A stretch of DNA of 64,000 bases from an uncultured Pseudomonadota bacterium (GTDB lineage: Bacteria > Oederibacteriota > Muellerivitia > Muellerivitales > Muellerivitaceae): the NCBI GenBank assembly GCA_963770835.1, contig CAVYRH010000011.1, positions 128,001 through 192,000 on the forward strand, read 5' to 3'. The position numbers were made by a program, and so were the translations under genes. This document shows positions 18,811 to 29,117 of the stretch, in pieces. Each line of letters opens with the position of its first letter. The first letter of the stretch is position 1. The notes beneath the pieces are model-generated. The model was given only the letters and a program-made list of their open reading frames with translations, searched no databases and was not told the DNA's origin.

Positions 18811-19794
18811 ATGGCAACCGCCCCTATCAGCCCTGCGCCAATTGTTCCTAAAAGCCACACTTTGCTTTACGCCATGCTGATTCTCGTTGGTCTCTTTTTC
18901 CTGAGCTTTATCTTCATTGTTTTCGCCATCCAGCATGTTCTTACCAGCAACACCGACACTTCCTTGATTTCCAGCGGGAGCGAAATCAGCCTTGTGGAAA
19001 TCCAAGGCCCCATTTATGAGAGTGACGATCTGGTCCGGCTTATTAAGCATTTCCGAAAGAGTTCAAAAAAAGCCCTTATCCTTAGAATTGACAGCCCCGG
19101 GGGAGTGGTGGCCCCTTCACAGGAAATTTATACAGAGATCTTAAGAGCACGGCAGGATAAGAAGATTATTGTAGCCAGCATGGCCAGCTTGGCTGCCTCG
19201 GGGGCTTATTATATTGCGTCAGCTTGCGATAAAATCGTGGCGAACCCAGGTACTTTGACGGGTTCCATCGGTGTTATCTTTGAAATTCCGGAGGCTTCTG
19301 GACTCCTCAAAAAAGTGGGAGTTGACTATCAGGTTATCAAGAGCGGCAAGTTTAAGGACACCGGTTCCATTAGCCGGCCGATGAACCCCCAGGAAAAAGA
19401 GTATATCCAGAGCACCATCAACGAGGTGTTCAACCAATTTTTGGACGCCGTCATCGATGGGCGGCGTAAAGTTTTTCAACAAAAGCTTGCGAAACGCCTG
19501 GGGAAGAAAGTTGAGGATGTTACGGATCAGGATATTAGAGCTTACTTGCTCCCTTACGCGGATGGAAGGGTTATAACCGGCCAAACCGCATATGAACTGG
19601 GTTTGGTGGACCAGATAGGGGATTATGAGGACGCTGTCCAGTTGACCGCCGATCTGGCGGGAATCAAAGGGGACCCAACGGTCCGGTTGGATAAGCCTTC
19701 CCGAATCGAAGATTTCTTGAAAAGCATGACGCCTTTTTCTTCGTTAACCTCGAGACTAGGAAATGGTTGTTTGATGGAGTACAGGGCGTTCTGA
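18811..19794 (+). CDS. sppA: Signal peptide peptidase SppA (S49, 36K type)
   Basis: LRIDSPGG, AASGAYYIA, TGSIGV, KSGKFKD and GLVDQIG; N-terminal TM. Confidence 0.96.
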   Translation: MATAPISPAPIVPKSHTLLYAMLILVGLFFLSFIFIVFAIQHVLTSNTDTSLISSGSEISLVEIQGPIYESDDLVRLIKHFRKSSKKALILRIDSPGGVVAPSQEIYTEILRARQDKKIIVASMASLAASGAYYIASACDKIVANPGTLTGSIGVIFEIPEASGLLKKVGVDYQVIKSGKFKDTGSISRPMNPQEKEYIQSTINEVFNQFLDAVIDGRRKVFQQKLAKRLGKKVEDVTDQDIRAYLLPYADGRVITGQTAYELGLVDQIGDYEDAVQLTADLAGIKGDPTVRLDKPSRIEDFLKSMTPFSSLTSRLGNGCLMEYRAF

Positions 19795-19849
19795 CCGAGT
19801 GGAATTAAAAGCGCCGAAATTTTAGTTTTGGAAGCTTCCGTATTTTTTT

Positions 19850-21781
19850 ATGGAGGACACTGTGGCTGAATCCGCAAATCCACCTAATACACCGGCTGTT
19901 CCACCTCCCGCCCCAGTAGCGATCGCACCGGTCCCGATAGCGGCTCCCCCAGCCCGGCGGCCCGGGACCCTCATGAAAAGTATTGCCAAACTGCTGACGA
20001 CCACGACCTGTTTGGTTTTGGGGTTGGGATTTATTATTATCGGGGTTGGAATTCGACGCTATCCCAGTCTAATCCCTGGATTTTTAAAACCGACTTTGGA
20101 TCAATTGTTTCCTCACTTGCCTTATTTCGTCGTTGGAATGGGGCTCTTTTTACTGGGATGGGCCCGCAGCATGGCTACCCAGCAGCTGATTTCCGAATAC
20201 CGCAAAAATCGCCAATCTCCCCACGCTTGGAAAATTCCACTTGTGTCGTTCCAGGTGTTTTTACTGGAAACGGCCTGTTTTATTTACGCCCTGCCTGTCG
20301 GGCTTGGGTGGTATCCACCGCTTCAAAACTTGCTGGCGCTTGTTTGGGTGGTCTTCTTTTTTCTCCTCTACGCCCTTTGGTACGTAACGGCTCATTCTCT
20401 CAACCGTTTCCCGGCCATTGCAGGATTGAGGATGGCAATCGTCACTATAGTTCTTTCGGTCGTTTCTTTCCTCCTTTGGTGGTGGTTTCAATTGCTATTT
20501 CCTGCCGTTTTATTGGGAATCCTTGGGATCATCTCGCTTTTAATCGCTATCCTGGTCCGAGTGAAGGGGGTGGAACAAACGGGTAGCTGGCCAAAGGTTA
20601 CTCTGTTAGCAGTATCCGTTTTTTTATTAGCCCATGTTACTTACAACTCGCTCCCCTTCGGTAATCCCACGGCCGATTTGGTCGGGTTGACCTTGGCCAC
20701 CCAGAGTTTGCCTGGGGAAGTGAATAACCTCAATTATTTCTCAGCAGCCGACCATTCCAAGGATGACATCGTCTATTTTCAGAAAACCAATGGGGATTTC
20801 AACTTGGGCGTCATTCGAGCGGTGTTTTCCCAACAAAATGCGTTTCAACCTGCGGTGCTTTCCCAAAAGGGCCCCGTCGAACCCTTTGTGTCCGTCTTTA
20901 AAGTTCCCGCTGGGGAGGAATCCAGTCTGTCCCTGATAATTAAAAATGGGACATTGATTTTGGTGGATATGTTGAAAAACGGTTCTAGGGGCCTTTGGAA
21001 GATAAATGCCGAAAATGGGAAGGCCACGTTATTACGCCGGGGAATTCAACCAATTGAGGATGGCGTTCCTTGGTCCGAAACCCGGGGACAATTCCTTTAT
21101 GTAACGCAGTCCGAAGGGCATTACCGCCTGAACGTTCTTACGTTGGCGAATGGTAAATCGAAGATTTTAATGACTTCTGAAAATCCGATTCACACGCCCT
21201 CCTGGGTTACGCCCTTGAATCCTCCGCACAATCCAAAGGGGCTTTATCCCGAGACGGAAGTCGCATATGCCGACGGTTCCCACGGACTGTTTTATGTTGT
21301 GGATAGTAAAACCGGTGAAAAAGAACCCCTAATATCGGAAGATGAAAGGTCATTAAAAAACAAGTTTTCTCCTGAAGGAAAGGCCGTGAAGGTCATTCCA
21401 GCTCCGGATGGGTTTCGATACCTCTATTTGGTTGAAAAAAATAAAAAAACCGAATTCTGGTTGGTTTTGGCGGATGGCACGAAGAGAGGAATGATTTACC
21501 AGACCAGTGCTTCCGTTACGCACTTAGCCTGGCATCCGGACGGACAGCAAATTGTCTTTGAGGAAATCCATCCTGGTTGGGACCATGGATTCTTAAAAAG
21601 CATTTCCAACGCGAAGCTTTTGGATGCCAACCTGGGGAATTGCGTCAATCTTCTTCCACCCCAAATTTCAACCATGTCGCCCGCTGTCGCGTCCGACGGA
21701 GTGAAGGTGGCTTTTATCGCAGGAGAAGGATTGTGGTGGCCTGCCGCCGACCAAGGGATTTGGGTGGCGGCTCTGCGCTAA
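19850..21781 (+). CDS. Multi-TM membrane protein with C-terminal TolB/PD40-like beta-propeller
   Basis: About 7 hydrophobic helices, then PSW, PAPDG, AWHPDGQQIVF and SPAVASDGVKVAF propeller repeats. Confidence 0.75.
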   Translation: MEDTVAESANPPNTPAVPPPAPVAIAPVPIAAPPARRPGTLMKSIAKLLTTTTCLVLGLGFIIIGVGIRRYPSLIPGFLKPTLDQLFPHLPYFVVGMGLFLLGWARSMATQQLISEYRKNRQSPHAWKIPLVSFQVFLLETACFIYALPVGLGWYPPLQNLLALVWVVFFFLLYALWYVTAHSLNRFPAIAGLRMAIVTIVLSVVSFLLWWWFQLLFPAVLLGILGIISLLIAILVRVKGVEQTGSWPKVTLLAVSVFLLAHVTYNSLPFGNPTADLVGLTLATQSLPGEVNNLNYFSAADHSKDDIVYFQKTNGDFNLGVIRAVFSQQNAFQPAVLSQKGPVEPFVSVFKVPAGEESSLSLIIKNGTLILVDMLKNGSRGLWKINAENGKATLLRRGIQPIEDGVPWSETRGQFLYVTQSEGHYRLNVLTLANGKSKILMTSENPIHTPSWVTPLNPPHNPKGLYPETEVAYADGSHGLFYVVDSKTGEKEPLISEDERSLKNKFSPEGKAVKVIPAPDGFRYLYLVEKNKKTEFWLVLADGTKRGMIYQTSASVTHLAWHPDGQQIVFEEIHPGWDHGFLKSISNAKLLDANLGNCVNLLPPQISTMSPAVASDGVKVAFIAGEGLWWPAADQGIWVAALR

Positions 21782-21853
21782 CAAGCTTTAGTGCTTTAAA
21801 TTGACGAACGAGGATGTTCCCACCTTTTCAATTTTAAAATCGGAGATAACGAT

Positions 21854-24800
21854 TTGTGGGATTGCACCGGTCTTTGTAACACTTTTTTTAGGAAAGACCG
21901 GCGCGACCAAATCACGCTCCCTTTCCTACTGCTATCAATCTTTTTTGGATTGTTTTCAACGTGCCATGCTCTGGATTTCGGTGAAAATAAGGTTCGCTAC
22001 CACACCGACCATCATTGGAAAATCATCGAAACCGAGCACTTTCAGGTTTATTATTACGAACCTTGCCAGGATTTGGCCCAAACCGCCGCCGACATGGCCG
22101 AAAAAGCCTTTGTCTCGACCTGCCAGGCTTTTGATTACGTTCCCAAAACTAAAATCCCGCTGTTTGTTTATTCCACACCCCTCGAATTTGAGGAAACCAA
22201 TATCACACCCGAAATCCTCTCGGAGGGTGTCGGCGGTTTTACCGAGGTTTTCAAAAATCGCATCGCGGTTCCCATGGATGGTTCTTACCATGAGTTTGAA
22301 AAAGTAATTCACCACGAACTAACCCATGCTTTCCAGTACGATCTCATTTATGGCGAAGGTTGGAGGTCGGTGAACCTTTTCAAGGCTGTTTTTGTGCCGA
22401 ATTGGATGATGGAGGGCATGGCGGAGTGGAATGCGCAACACCTTGACGCGCAGGGAGAGATGGTCTTACGGGACGCCATCTTAAACGACCAGGTTATGCC
22501 CCTTAGCCTTATGGAGTCCTTCGAACATTTTCCCCAGGTATACACGGCATATAAGGAATCCCAAAGCATCCTGGATTATGTCACTCAGGTGTATGGGAAG
22601 GGAAAAGTGGTGGAAATATTCAAACATATGGCCGCCAATCAACAACCCGACACGGCTATTAAAAACGTCTTAGGGGTTTCCTTGGATGAGCTTTACGCCA
22701 ATTGGCACTTTTACATGAAATCCCAGGCTTGGTCGCGGATAAATGGGCTTCCCGCACCGGAAAAATATGGGGAAGTCCTGGAAAAAGGCGGCCTGGGGGG
22801 CGCCATGAAAACCGCAATTTCTCCGGATGGTAAAAACCTAGCTCTCATCAAGGGAAGGGAACTATCCATGATCCACCTTGAGGATAAGAAGAAAAACGTT
22901 CTATTAAACAAACCGTTTCAAGTACAAGGATCAGGGATTGCATGGTCACCAGATGGTCGATTCTTGGCCTTCGCCGCCGCGGACGGTGGAGAGGATCGAC
23001 TTTACATTTACGATTTGGAGCGGTCGTCGTTACGGAAATGCACCATTCAAGGAATACCGATTGTTTCCTCACCTTCCTGGTCCCCCGACCAAAAATTCAT
23101 CATTTTCAGTGGATTCAACTATACAAATACCGATCTTTACCGATATGAGGTTTCCACGGAAAAGGTCGATCGCCTGACGAACGATAACGACTTTAAAACT
23201 TGGGCTCAGTACGGTCCTGAGGGCAGATATATTTATTTCATTAATGAAAGCGGTGGCCGGCAGGAAATCAGAAAAATATCCCTAAATGAAAAAGGAATTC
23301 CAGTGGGTGTTCCCACGTCCGTCGAAAAGAATTTAGGAACGATCGCCTCCCTTGTGGTTTGGCCTGGTCATCTTTACTTCACCTCGGACTTGAGTCGCAG
23401 AATCTTCAATGTTTTTCAAACGGATGAGGAGGGCGGCCATTTAACCCAGCTGACCAACACCTTTGCGGATGTTTTGAGCGTTTCTCCGGCTCCCGACACT
23501 CAAAAACTATATGCCATTAGTTACCAAAAAGGGATGGAGACAATCTTTGCCTTCGCCATGACGAATGTCGAAAAAATGGAATGGCCACCCTCCGCGTTCG
23601 GAACGATGACTAGTGAATTTTCCTATATTTCCAATTCATTTGAAAACGCCTCTAAGATTATCGGAGTCAATCCAATTAAAGACGTGCCAAAAGAAGCCGA
23701 TTTTCCATCCAATACAGATCGGGATGAACCTGAAATCGTTCAGCAGAAAAAAATACCTGTTCGGCCCCCATCCGCTGTAACGCACCTTGAAATAACCGAG
23801 GCTTCTAATATTGTCCAGCTTCAGTGGCCGGTTTCCGGTGTGGAAGATGATGGAGTTGAAAGCTATCGCGTCTACCGGTCTACCTCCGCCGGAACAACCT
23901 TTTCTTACATTGGAACCAGCACCAACATGCGACAAGGACAATATGTGGATTATGATGTGCAGAACAACGGAACCTATTTTTATTATGTCACTGCTGTCAA
24001 TAAAATCGGGGAAAGCGATCCATCGCCCCTCGTGGAAGTTCATCCCTCATTCAAAGTGGCTTACGAAGATTACCGGTTTAGTTTAACGCCCGATGTCCTG
24101 CTTTTCTTGGCCGGTTACGACAGTTCCTTCGGTTTTGTTGGCGGTGGCGTGGCCCAAATGAGCGATTATCTGGGGGATCATCGAATTGGGATTTTGGGGG
24201 ACACCATCCCTGGTGTGAGGACCGGCGTCGAAGCCAATTATGAGTTCTCCGAATGGCGAACAACGGTTGACCTGGACTACTTTTACTACCAAAACTATTT
24301 TAACATTTACGACCTTCAGAGTGGCAACATCGTCAACCAGTACCGGAACAACGAAAATGGGTTTACTCTGAATTTCAGCTATCCCATCGACACGGCGACC
24401 CGGGTCGAGTACGGGTTTGGCACCCAGCGGTTTTTGGGAAGTCCCATTTACCTTCAATTTTCCGAGGGAATTTCCAATTACAACCTCAACACCGATGAGT
24501 GGAACGTAGCCAATTTTTACCGTCTTTCCTTCGTCCAAGACAAACGTAGAGGGACTCAATTTTGGCCCAGTAGCGGATATGGGCTTAATTTCACCTTGCT
24601 ACATGCCATCCCTGTTTTGGATTCAAATGTATCTTTCGCAAACTTGCTTTTTGAAACGGACGTTTTTGCCGATTTCAGTTTTTTGAATCACCTCGTCTGG
24701 GCCAACCGATTCATCGCCATGACTTCGCAGGGACCCAATCCTCAAACCTTTTTTATTGGCGACGATGCTCCTTTTGAGGATTATTTCACGACGATTCGGG

Positions 24801-25135
24801 GATACGGCGGCAGTACCTTTTTCGGGAGCAATCTTGGACTTTGGAATACTGAACTGCGCTATCCCATCGCTACAAACATGAATTTCATTCCACAACCGTT
24901 ATCTTTTTTGCTTATCAAAGATGTCGAGTTGGCGGGTTTTATGGATACTGGGGTTGTTTCAAATCAATTGGAGGACATTCCCAATTCGCCGGTCCTGAGT
25001 AGTATTGGCACTGGCATTCGGTTTTACACATTTCTCTATCAAAGAGCTCTTGTGATGTTTCGTTTTGACGTGGCCTGGAGATTGGATCAACCAGCTCCAC
25101 CAACTTTTCACTTCAACCTTGGACCGATGTTCTAA
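21854..25135 (+). CDS. Omp85/BamA-family outer-membrane protein with N-terminal gluzincin (peptidase MA-like), PD40 propeller and FN3 domains
   Basis: FGENKVRY, HELTH plus WMMEGMAEW, WSPDG repeats, FN3 (LQW..YRVYRS..YYVTAVN..GES), and barrel motifs IRGY, ELRYPI and GTGIR with terminal Phe. Start codon uncertain. Confidence 0.88.
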   Translation: MWDCTGLCNTFFRKDRRDQITLPFLLLSIFFGLFSTCHALDFGENKVRYHTDHHWKIIETEHFQVYYYEPCQDLAQTAADMAEKAFVSTCQAFDYVPKTKIPLFVYSTPLEFEETNITPEILSEGVGGFTEVFKNRIAVPMDGSYHEFEKVIHHELTHAFQYDLIYGEGWRSVNLFKAVFVPNWMMEGMAEWNAQHLDAQGEMVLRDAILNDQVMPLSLMESFEHFPQVYTAYKESQSILDYVTQVYGKGKVVEIFKHMAANQQPDTAIKNVLGVSLDELYANWHFYMKSQAWSRINGLPAPEKYGEVLEKGGLGGAMKTAISPDGKNLALIKGRELSMIHLEDKKKNVLLNKPFQVQGSGIAWSPDGRFLAFAAADGGEDRLYIYDLERSSLRKCTIQGIPIVSSPSWSPDQKFIIFSGFNYTNTDLYRYEVSTEKVDRLTNDNDFKTWAQYGPEGRYIYFINESGGRQEIRKISLNEKGIPVGVPTSVEKNLGTIASLVVWPGHLYFTSDLSRRIFNVFQTDEEGGHLTQLTNTFADVLSVSPAPDTQKLYAISYQKGMETIFAFAMTNVEKMEWPPSAFGTMTSEFSYISNSFENASKIIGVNPIKDVPKEADFPSNTDRDEPEIVQQKKIPVRPPSAVTHLEITEASNIVQLQWPVSGVEDDGVESYRVYRSTSAGTTFSYIGTSTNMRQGQYVDYDVQNNGTYFYYVTAVNKIGESDPSPLVEVHPSFKVAYEDYRFSLTPDVLLFLAGYDSSFGFVGGGVAQMSDYLGDHRIGILGDTIPGVRTGVEANYEFSEWRTTVDLDYFYYQNYFNIYDLQSGNIVNQYRNNENGFTLNFSYPIDTATRVEYGFGTQRFLGSPIYLQFSEGISNYNLNTDEWNVANFYRLSFVQDKRRGTQFWPSSGYGLNFTLLHAIPVLDSNVSFANLLFETDVFADFSFLNHLVWANRFIAMTSQGPNPQTFFIGDDAPFEDYFTTIRGYGGSTFFGSNLGLWNTELRYPIATNMNFIPQPLSFLLIKDVELAGFMDTGVVSNQLEDIPNSPVLSSIGTGIRFYTFLYQRALVMFRFDVAWRLDQPAPPTFHFNLGPMF

Positions 25136-25293
25136 AAAGCAGGTTTAAATATATTCAAAATCTCCATCCTTCGGTCAAATCAAAAGTCGGAAAATCAAAA
25201 AAGATATGTTCCTAAAAAGCAGTTGGTGGGGCAGGGAGTAGGGGCTATAATGAGCCCGCTTTCAACACTTGTCATCCCACAAGGAGCCGGTTC

Positions 25294-25956
25294 GTGAAAA
25301 AAGCCGCTCTTTCAACAGCCTTAGTGACTCTGTTACTGGCCGGTAGTCTAATCGCTCAATCGGCACCGCGAGATTTTATTTCAAATTACGAAACAATAGA
25401 TCTGGATTTTTTGCGATCCCACTACACCGAAATTAATAACGGCCGGCCAATTAAAATTGAAGGAATTTTTTCATCCTACAAATGGTTACAACCTTATGAA
25501 TATAAGACCCGTCTTAGCCGGATTGGTTTGGATTCCCGGAATTACAATTTTGCGCAAATGTCCTTAAAAGAAAACGACAGCTTTCACTACTCTTTTCCCA
25601 TTCTGCTTTTTCACACCGGTGCCGGAGATTTGCACGAATTAAACGAACTCTACCAGGATCTCCCGGTTGCCCTTTACGGAAGATTTTATAATTTGAAAGA
25701 GTCAGAATACGCCATAGAAGTGGACCTATTGGAAATTTCCAATGTTTCAACGCGCGTGGACCCGGTTGGCACTCCTGTATTTAAAATGGGGGGGCATGAC
25801 CGAGTACTCCTGCTTGATGCCCGCGTCTCACCATCTCCAACGCCAACCCCCACGGTGACGCCAACACCCCAACCAAACCTCTGGCAGAAGATTAGCAATC
25901 TCGTAAACCCAAAGGAAACGATCACTCCGACAGGAACCACCACTCCCGGAACCTGA
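25294..25956 (+). CDS. Hypothetical exported protein with (PT)n tail
   Basis: GTG start after AAGGAG, signal peptide, and SPSPTPTPTVTPTP. Confidence 0.8.
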   Translation: MKKAALSTALVTLLLAGSLIAQSAPRDFISNYETIDLDFLRSHYTEINNGRPIKIEGIFSSYKWLQPYEYKTRLSRIGLDSRNYNFAQMSLKENDSFHYSFPILLFHTGAGDLHELNELYQDLPVALYGRFYNLKESEYAIEVDLLEISNVSTRVDPVGTPVFKMGGHDRVLLLDARVSPSPTPTPTVTPTPQPNLWQKISNLVNPKETITPTGTTTPGT

Positions 25957-26025
25957 AGTCGTCTTCTTGATCTTATTTTCTATAATGTCTCCCTTTTATA
26001 TTTGTCTTTCCAGCAGAGGTTTTCG

Positions 26026-27009
26026 TTGAAAAAACAGGTTCTCATCACCAACGAATTACCGGATGCCGCCTACCTTTTCTTGTGCCGAAAATACAACGTC
26101 ACCTGGCACAAGCGTCAATTAACGGAACGACAGTTAATTTCTAAAATCAGGCCCTTTCATTCAATCTTGACTACCCTAGCTGATCCTATAACTGAAAAGG
26201 TAATTGTGGCGGCTCCCCAATTGGAATGTATTGCCAATCTCGCCGTTGGCTATAACAACATTGACCTAAAAACCGCCAAAGCCAGGGGTATCTGGGTGAC
26301 CAACACCCCAGAGGTCCTTACAGAAGCCACAGCTGATATTGCTTGGGCGCTTCTTTTGTCTTGTGCCAGGAGGGTTCCTGAAGGCGACCGGATGGTACGT
26401 TCGGGTAAATTCAAGGGAGCACACCCCCTAACCTTACTAGGTGTTGATTTGTTTGGAAAAACTTTGGGTATCTACGGTTTTGGGAGGATCGGCAAGGCGG
26501 TGGCCCGGCGGGGAAGGGGATGGAATATGAATGTACTCTATCACCAACGCCACCGTGAATCCAAAAGGGTAGAAAAGGGTCTAAATGCCCGGTATGTTCC
26601 TTTTAAAACCCTTCTGGAGCAATCGGACTTCCTGAGTGTAAACAGTCCATTGACCTCAGAAACTCTTCAACGCTTCACGAGAAGGGAATTCAAAAAAATG
26701 AAAAGAACCGCTATTTTCATTAATACGGGCCGAGGACTTATCCATCTTGAACAAGATCTTGTCGAGGCCCTAAAAAAAGGGTGGATCTATTCAGCGGGTT
26801 TGGACGTATATGAATCAGAGCCTCGGATTGAAAAACAGATTTTGAGACTGCAAAATTGTACTTTGCTTCCGCATATTGGAAGTGCCACAGTTGGAACCCG
26901 CGATGCCATGGCATTGTTGGCGGCCAAAAATATCGACTTGGTACTTTCCGGACACCTTCCAGAAACACCGGTTTTTTATTTGTCGAAAAAGGATAGATTA
27001 AAAACTTAA
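26026..27009 (+). CDS. D-isomer-specific 2-hydroxyacid dehydrogenase (glyoxylate/hydroxypyruvate reductase-like)
   Basis: AVGYNNID, TNTPEVL, GFGRIG, INTGRG, LDVYESEP and PHIGSAT. TTG 26026 follows GAGG. Confidence 0.95.
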   Translation: MKKQVLITNELPDAAYLFLCRKYNVTWHKRQLTERQLISKIRPFHSILTTLADPITEKVIVAAPQLECIANLAVGYNNIDLKTAKARGIWVTNTPEVLTEATADIAWALLLSCARRVPEGDRMVRSGKFKGAHPLTLLGVDLFGKTLGIYGFGRIGKAVARRGRGWNMNVLYHQRHRESKRVEKGLNARYVPFKTLLEQSDFLSVNSPLTSETLQRFTRREFKKMKRTAIFINTGRGLIHLEQDLVEALKKGWIYSAGLDVYESEPRIEKQILRLQNCTLLPHIGSATVGTRDAMALLAAKNIDLVLSGHLPETPVFYLSKKDRLKT

Positions 27010-27059
27010 AGTAAAACTTCAGAGTCAATAGCATTAAATCTGATTTAAAAGGACTTTAA

Positions 27060-27827
27060 ATGTCGGCTCCTGTTATCCAATCCGTTGCCACGGGGACCGG
27101 AAAAGCGATTGTTCTTTTGCACGCCTTTCCGCTTTCGCATTCGATTTGGAAGGCCATTAAACCTCCTTTGGGACATTCTTTGATTCTGCCCGATTTTCCA
27201 GGGTTCGGCGAATCACCTTTTGCACCTTCAGGCTTGACGCTCTCAGATGTGGCGGAAGGGCTCGAAAATCATTTAAATCAAAGGGGAATTACGGACCAAG
27301 TTATTTTGGGCGGTATTTCCATGGGCGGTTACTGGGCAATGGAATACCTAAGACGTTTTCCGGGGCGGATTGCCAAGGTGATCTTTATCTCCACACGACC
27401 CGGGTTGGACAAATCCGAGACCCGTCAAAGCAGGTTGAATATGGCTGAAAAGGTGCTCAAAGAAGGCACAGAATTCTTGATTAAGGACATGGTCCCCGGT
27501 CTCTTGGGAAAATCGACTTTGTCGGATAAACCTGGAGTTGTGGACCAAGTCAGTCGATGGATTCGGACAACAAAACCAGGCGCCGTGGCCTTGGCTCAGC
27601 GCGCTATGGCAGAGCGAAGGGATCAAACCGACCTAATGCCGACTTTAAGGGTGCCTGCACTTATCGTGGCCGGCCGCGAGGATGCCTTGATCCCGGTATC
27701 GGAGGCTGAAGCCATGGCTAAAGCCATCCCTGGTAGTCGAATAAAAATCTTGGAACATGTTGGCCACTTGGTACCGATCGAAGACCCAACCCGATTTCAA
27801 AAAATTATTAACGAGTTCCTGACTTAG
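27060..27827 (+). CDS. Alpha/beta fold hydrolase
   Basis: LLHAFP, DFPGFGES, nucleophile elbow GISMGG, GREDALIP and GHL. Confidence 0.93.
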   Translation: MSAPVIQSVATGTGKAIVLLHAFPLSHSIWKAIKPPLGHSLILPDFPGFGESPFAPSGLTLSDVAEGLENHLNQRGITDQVILGGISMGGYWAMEYLRRFPGRIAKVIFISTRPGLDKSETRQSRLNMAEKVLKEGTEFLIKDMVPGLLGKSTLSDKPGVVDQVSRWIRTTKPGAVALAQRAMAERRDQTDLMPTLRVPALIVAGREDALIPVSEAEAMAKAIPGSRIKILEHVGHLVPIEDPTRFQKIINEFLT

Positions 27828-28012
27828 TCGCCCCAAATAGCTTAAGACAAGATGCCGCTCCCGTTTGCTTTGATGTCGTAGAATCGCTCAAAAAAATGGC
27901 CTTCAAATGCAAAATCCAGGAGTTTCATTGCCTCAGCTCCAAACGTTCTAGGATCTTTCTGGAACTGGCATTTCTCCCGAAACTCAAAATTCTTCTTTTC
28001 AAAACTCAACTT

Positions 28013-28040
28013 TTTCGGTATATCTACAATTATACCGAGA
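28013..28040. other. Candidate dif-like recombination site (11-6-11 dyad) or operator of the recombinase gene
   Basis: TTTCGGTATAT-CTACAA-TTATACCGAGA, arms 9/11 complementary with a perfect TCGGTATA/TATACCGA core. It ends 12 bp before the recombinase start and contains a TACAAT -10-like hexamer. Confidence 0.6.
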
Positions 28041-28052
28041 CAGGAAAGCTCT

Positions 28053-29117
28053 TTGAACCAAAAATCCAAATCCAATTCCCAAAGAACCCCACCAAACCTG
28101 CTGGAGCTAACGCCATACGACGGATTCCTGGCCCTTTGCAAATCTTCCCACACCAAAGAAAACTACCACCAGGACCTGCGAGTTCTTAAACAATTTCTAG
28201 ATCGTTCCAATATTCATGTTCCGGCGGACGCAAGGCCAGAACAGATGGTCCACTTTGCTGGTGCCTTGACCAAACCAGGTTTTACGCCAAGTGGCAAGCC
28301 CCGGGTTGCTTATTCCACCCGTTCTATGAAGCGCATCTTGGCGACGACACGGTCTTTCTACCGCTATTTGGCTTCCATCCAACATATTGCCACTGATCCT
28401 ACGGCCGTTTTCCACAACCTGGCCATTCGCAGTCCCCAACGCAATCCCCGCCCCTTACCGCCCAAGGACCGCGAAGCCCTGGTAAAAGGTCTCCAAACGG
28501 TCGATTTGGAGGGTCAAAAAGTCAGCTTGGTGGTCTTACTTGGTTATCATTGCGGCCTCCGGGTCTCTGAGATTGCCCATCTCAAAGTTCGGGATTTGGA
28601 CCCAGACCAAGGCCTCGTTACCGTCATCGGCAAAGGCGACAAGGAGCGAACGGTACCCATGACCGAGGCGTTGAAAGAAGTCCTAAAACATTACCTGGGC
28701 AATCGACCGGAAAATTCGGGAGTCCATCTTTTTCCAAGCCCCAGCACCACCAGTAAACCCATTCATGTGGATTATCTGGAAACATGGGTCAAAAAAGCCG
28801 CCCAATGGGCAAATCTTGAAAATCCAACCGAGCTGACCGTACACGTCCTTCGACATTCCTTTGGCACCCAATTGGCCGAATCAGGCGCCAGTGTGTATGA
28901 AATCCGGGATTTGATGGGTCATTCCAGCATCATGGTTAGCGAAAATTACGTAAAGCTGGCCTCCACCAAGGCCCGTTCGGCTCACAGGAAGGCCTTTGAG
29001 GATGGAACCAAGGTTCATGCCTTGAACCTGGGCAGTTTGTTTGGGATCGAATCGGTCTTAAAACGCTTCCGGGCCATAAACCGGAAAACTTTGCCCAATA
29101 ATTCTGATGGAGCTTAA
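28053..29117 (+). CDS. Tyrosine recombinase (Xer family, divergent)
   Basis: Complete catalytic set: GLRVSE (R), GKGDKER (K), HVLRH (H-x-x-R), MGH (H) and ENY (Y). N-terminal SAM-like domain; TTG start after AGGAAAG. Confidence 0.93.
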   Translation: MNQKSKSNSQRTPPNLLELTPYDGFLALCKSSHTKENYHQDLRVLKQFLDRSNIHVPADARPEQMVHFAGALTKPGFTPSGKPRVAYSTRSMKRILATTRSFYRYLASIQHIATDPTAVFHNLAIRSPQRNPRPLPPKDREALVKGLQTVDLEGQKVSLVVLLGYHCGLRVSEIAHLKVRDLDPDQGLVTVIGKGDKERTVPMTEALKEVLKHYLGNRPENSGVHLFPSPSTTSKPIHVDYLETWVKKAAQWANLENPTELTVHVLRHSFGTQLAESGASVYEIRDLMGHSSIMVSENYVKLASTKARSAHRKAFEDGTKVHALNLGSLFGIESVLKRFRAINRKTLPNNSDGA

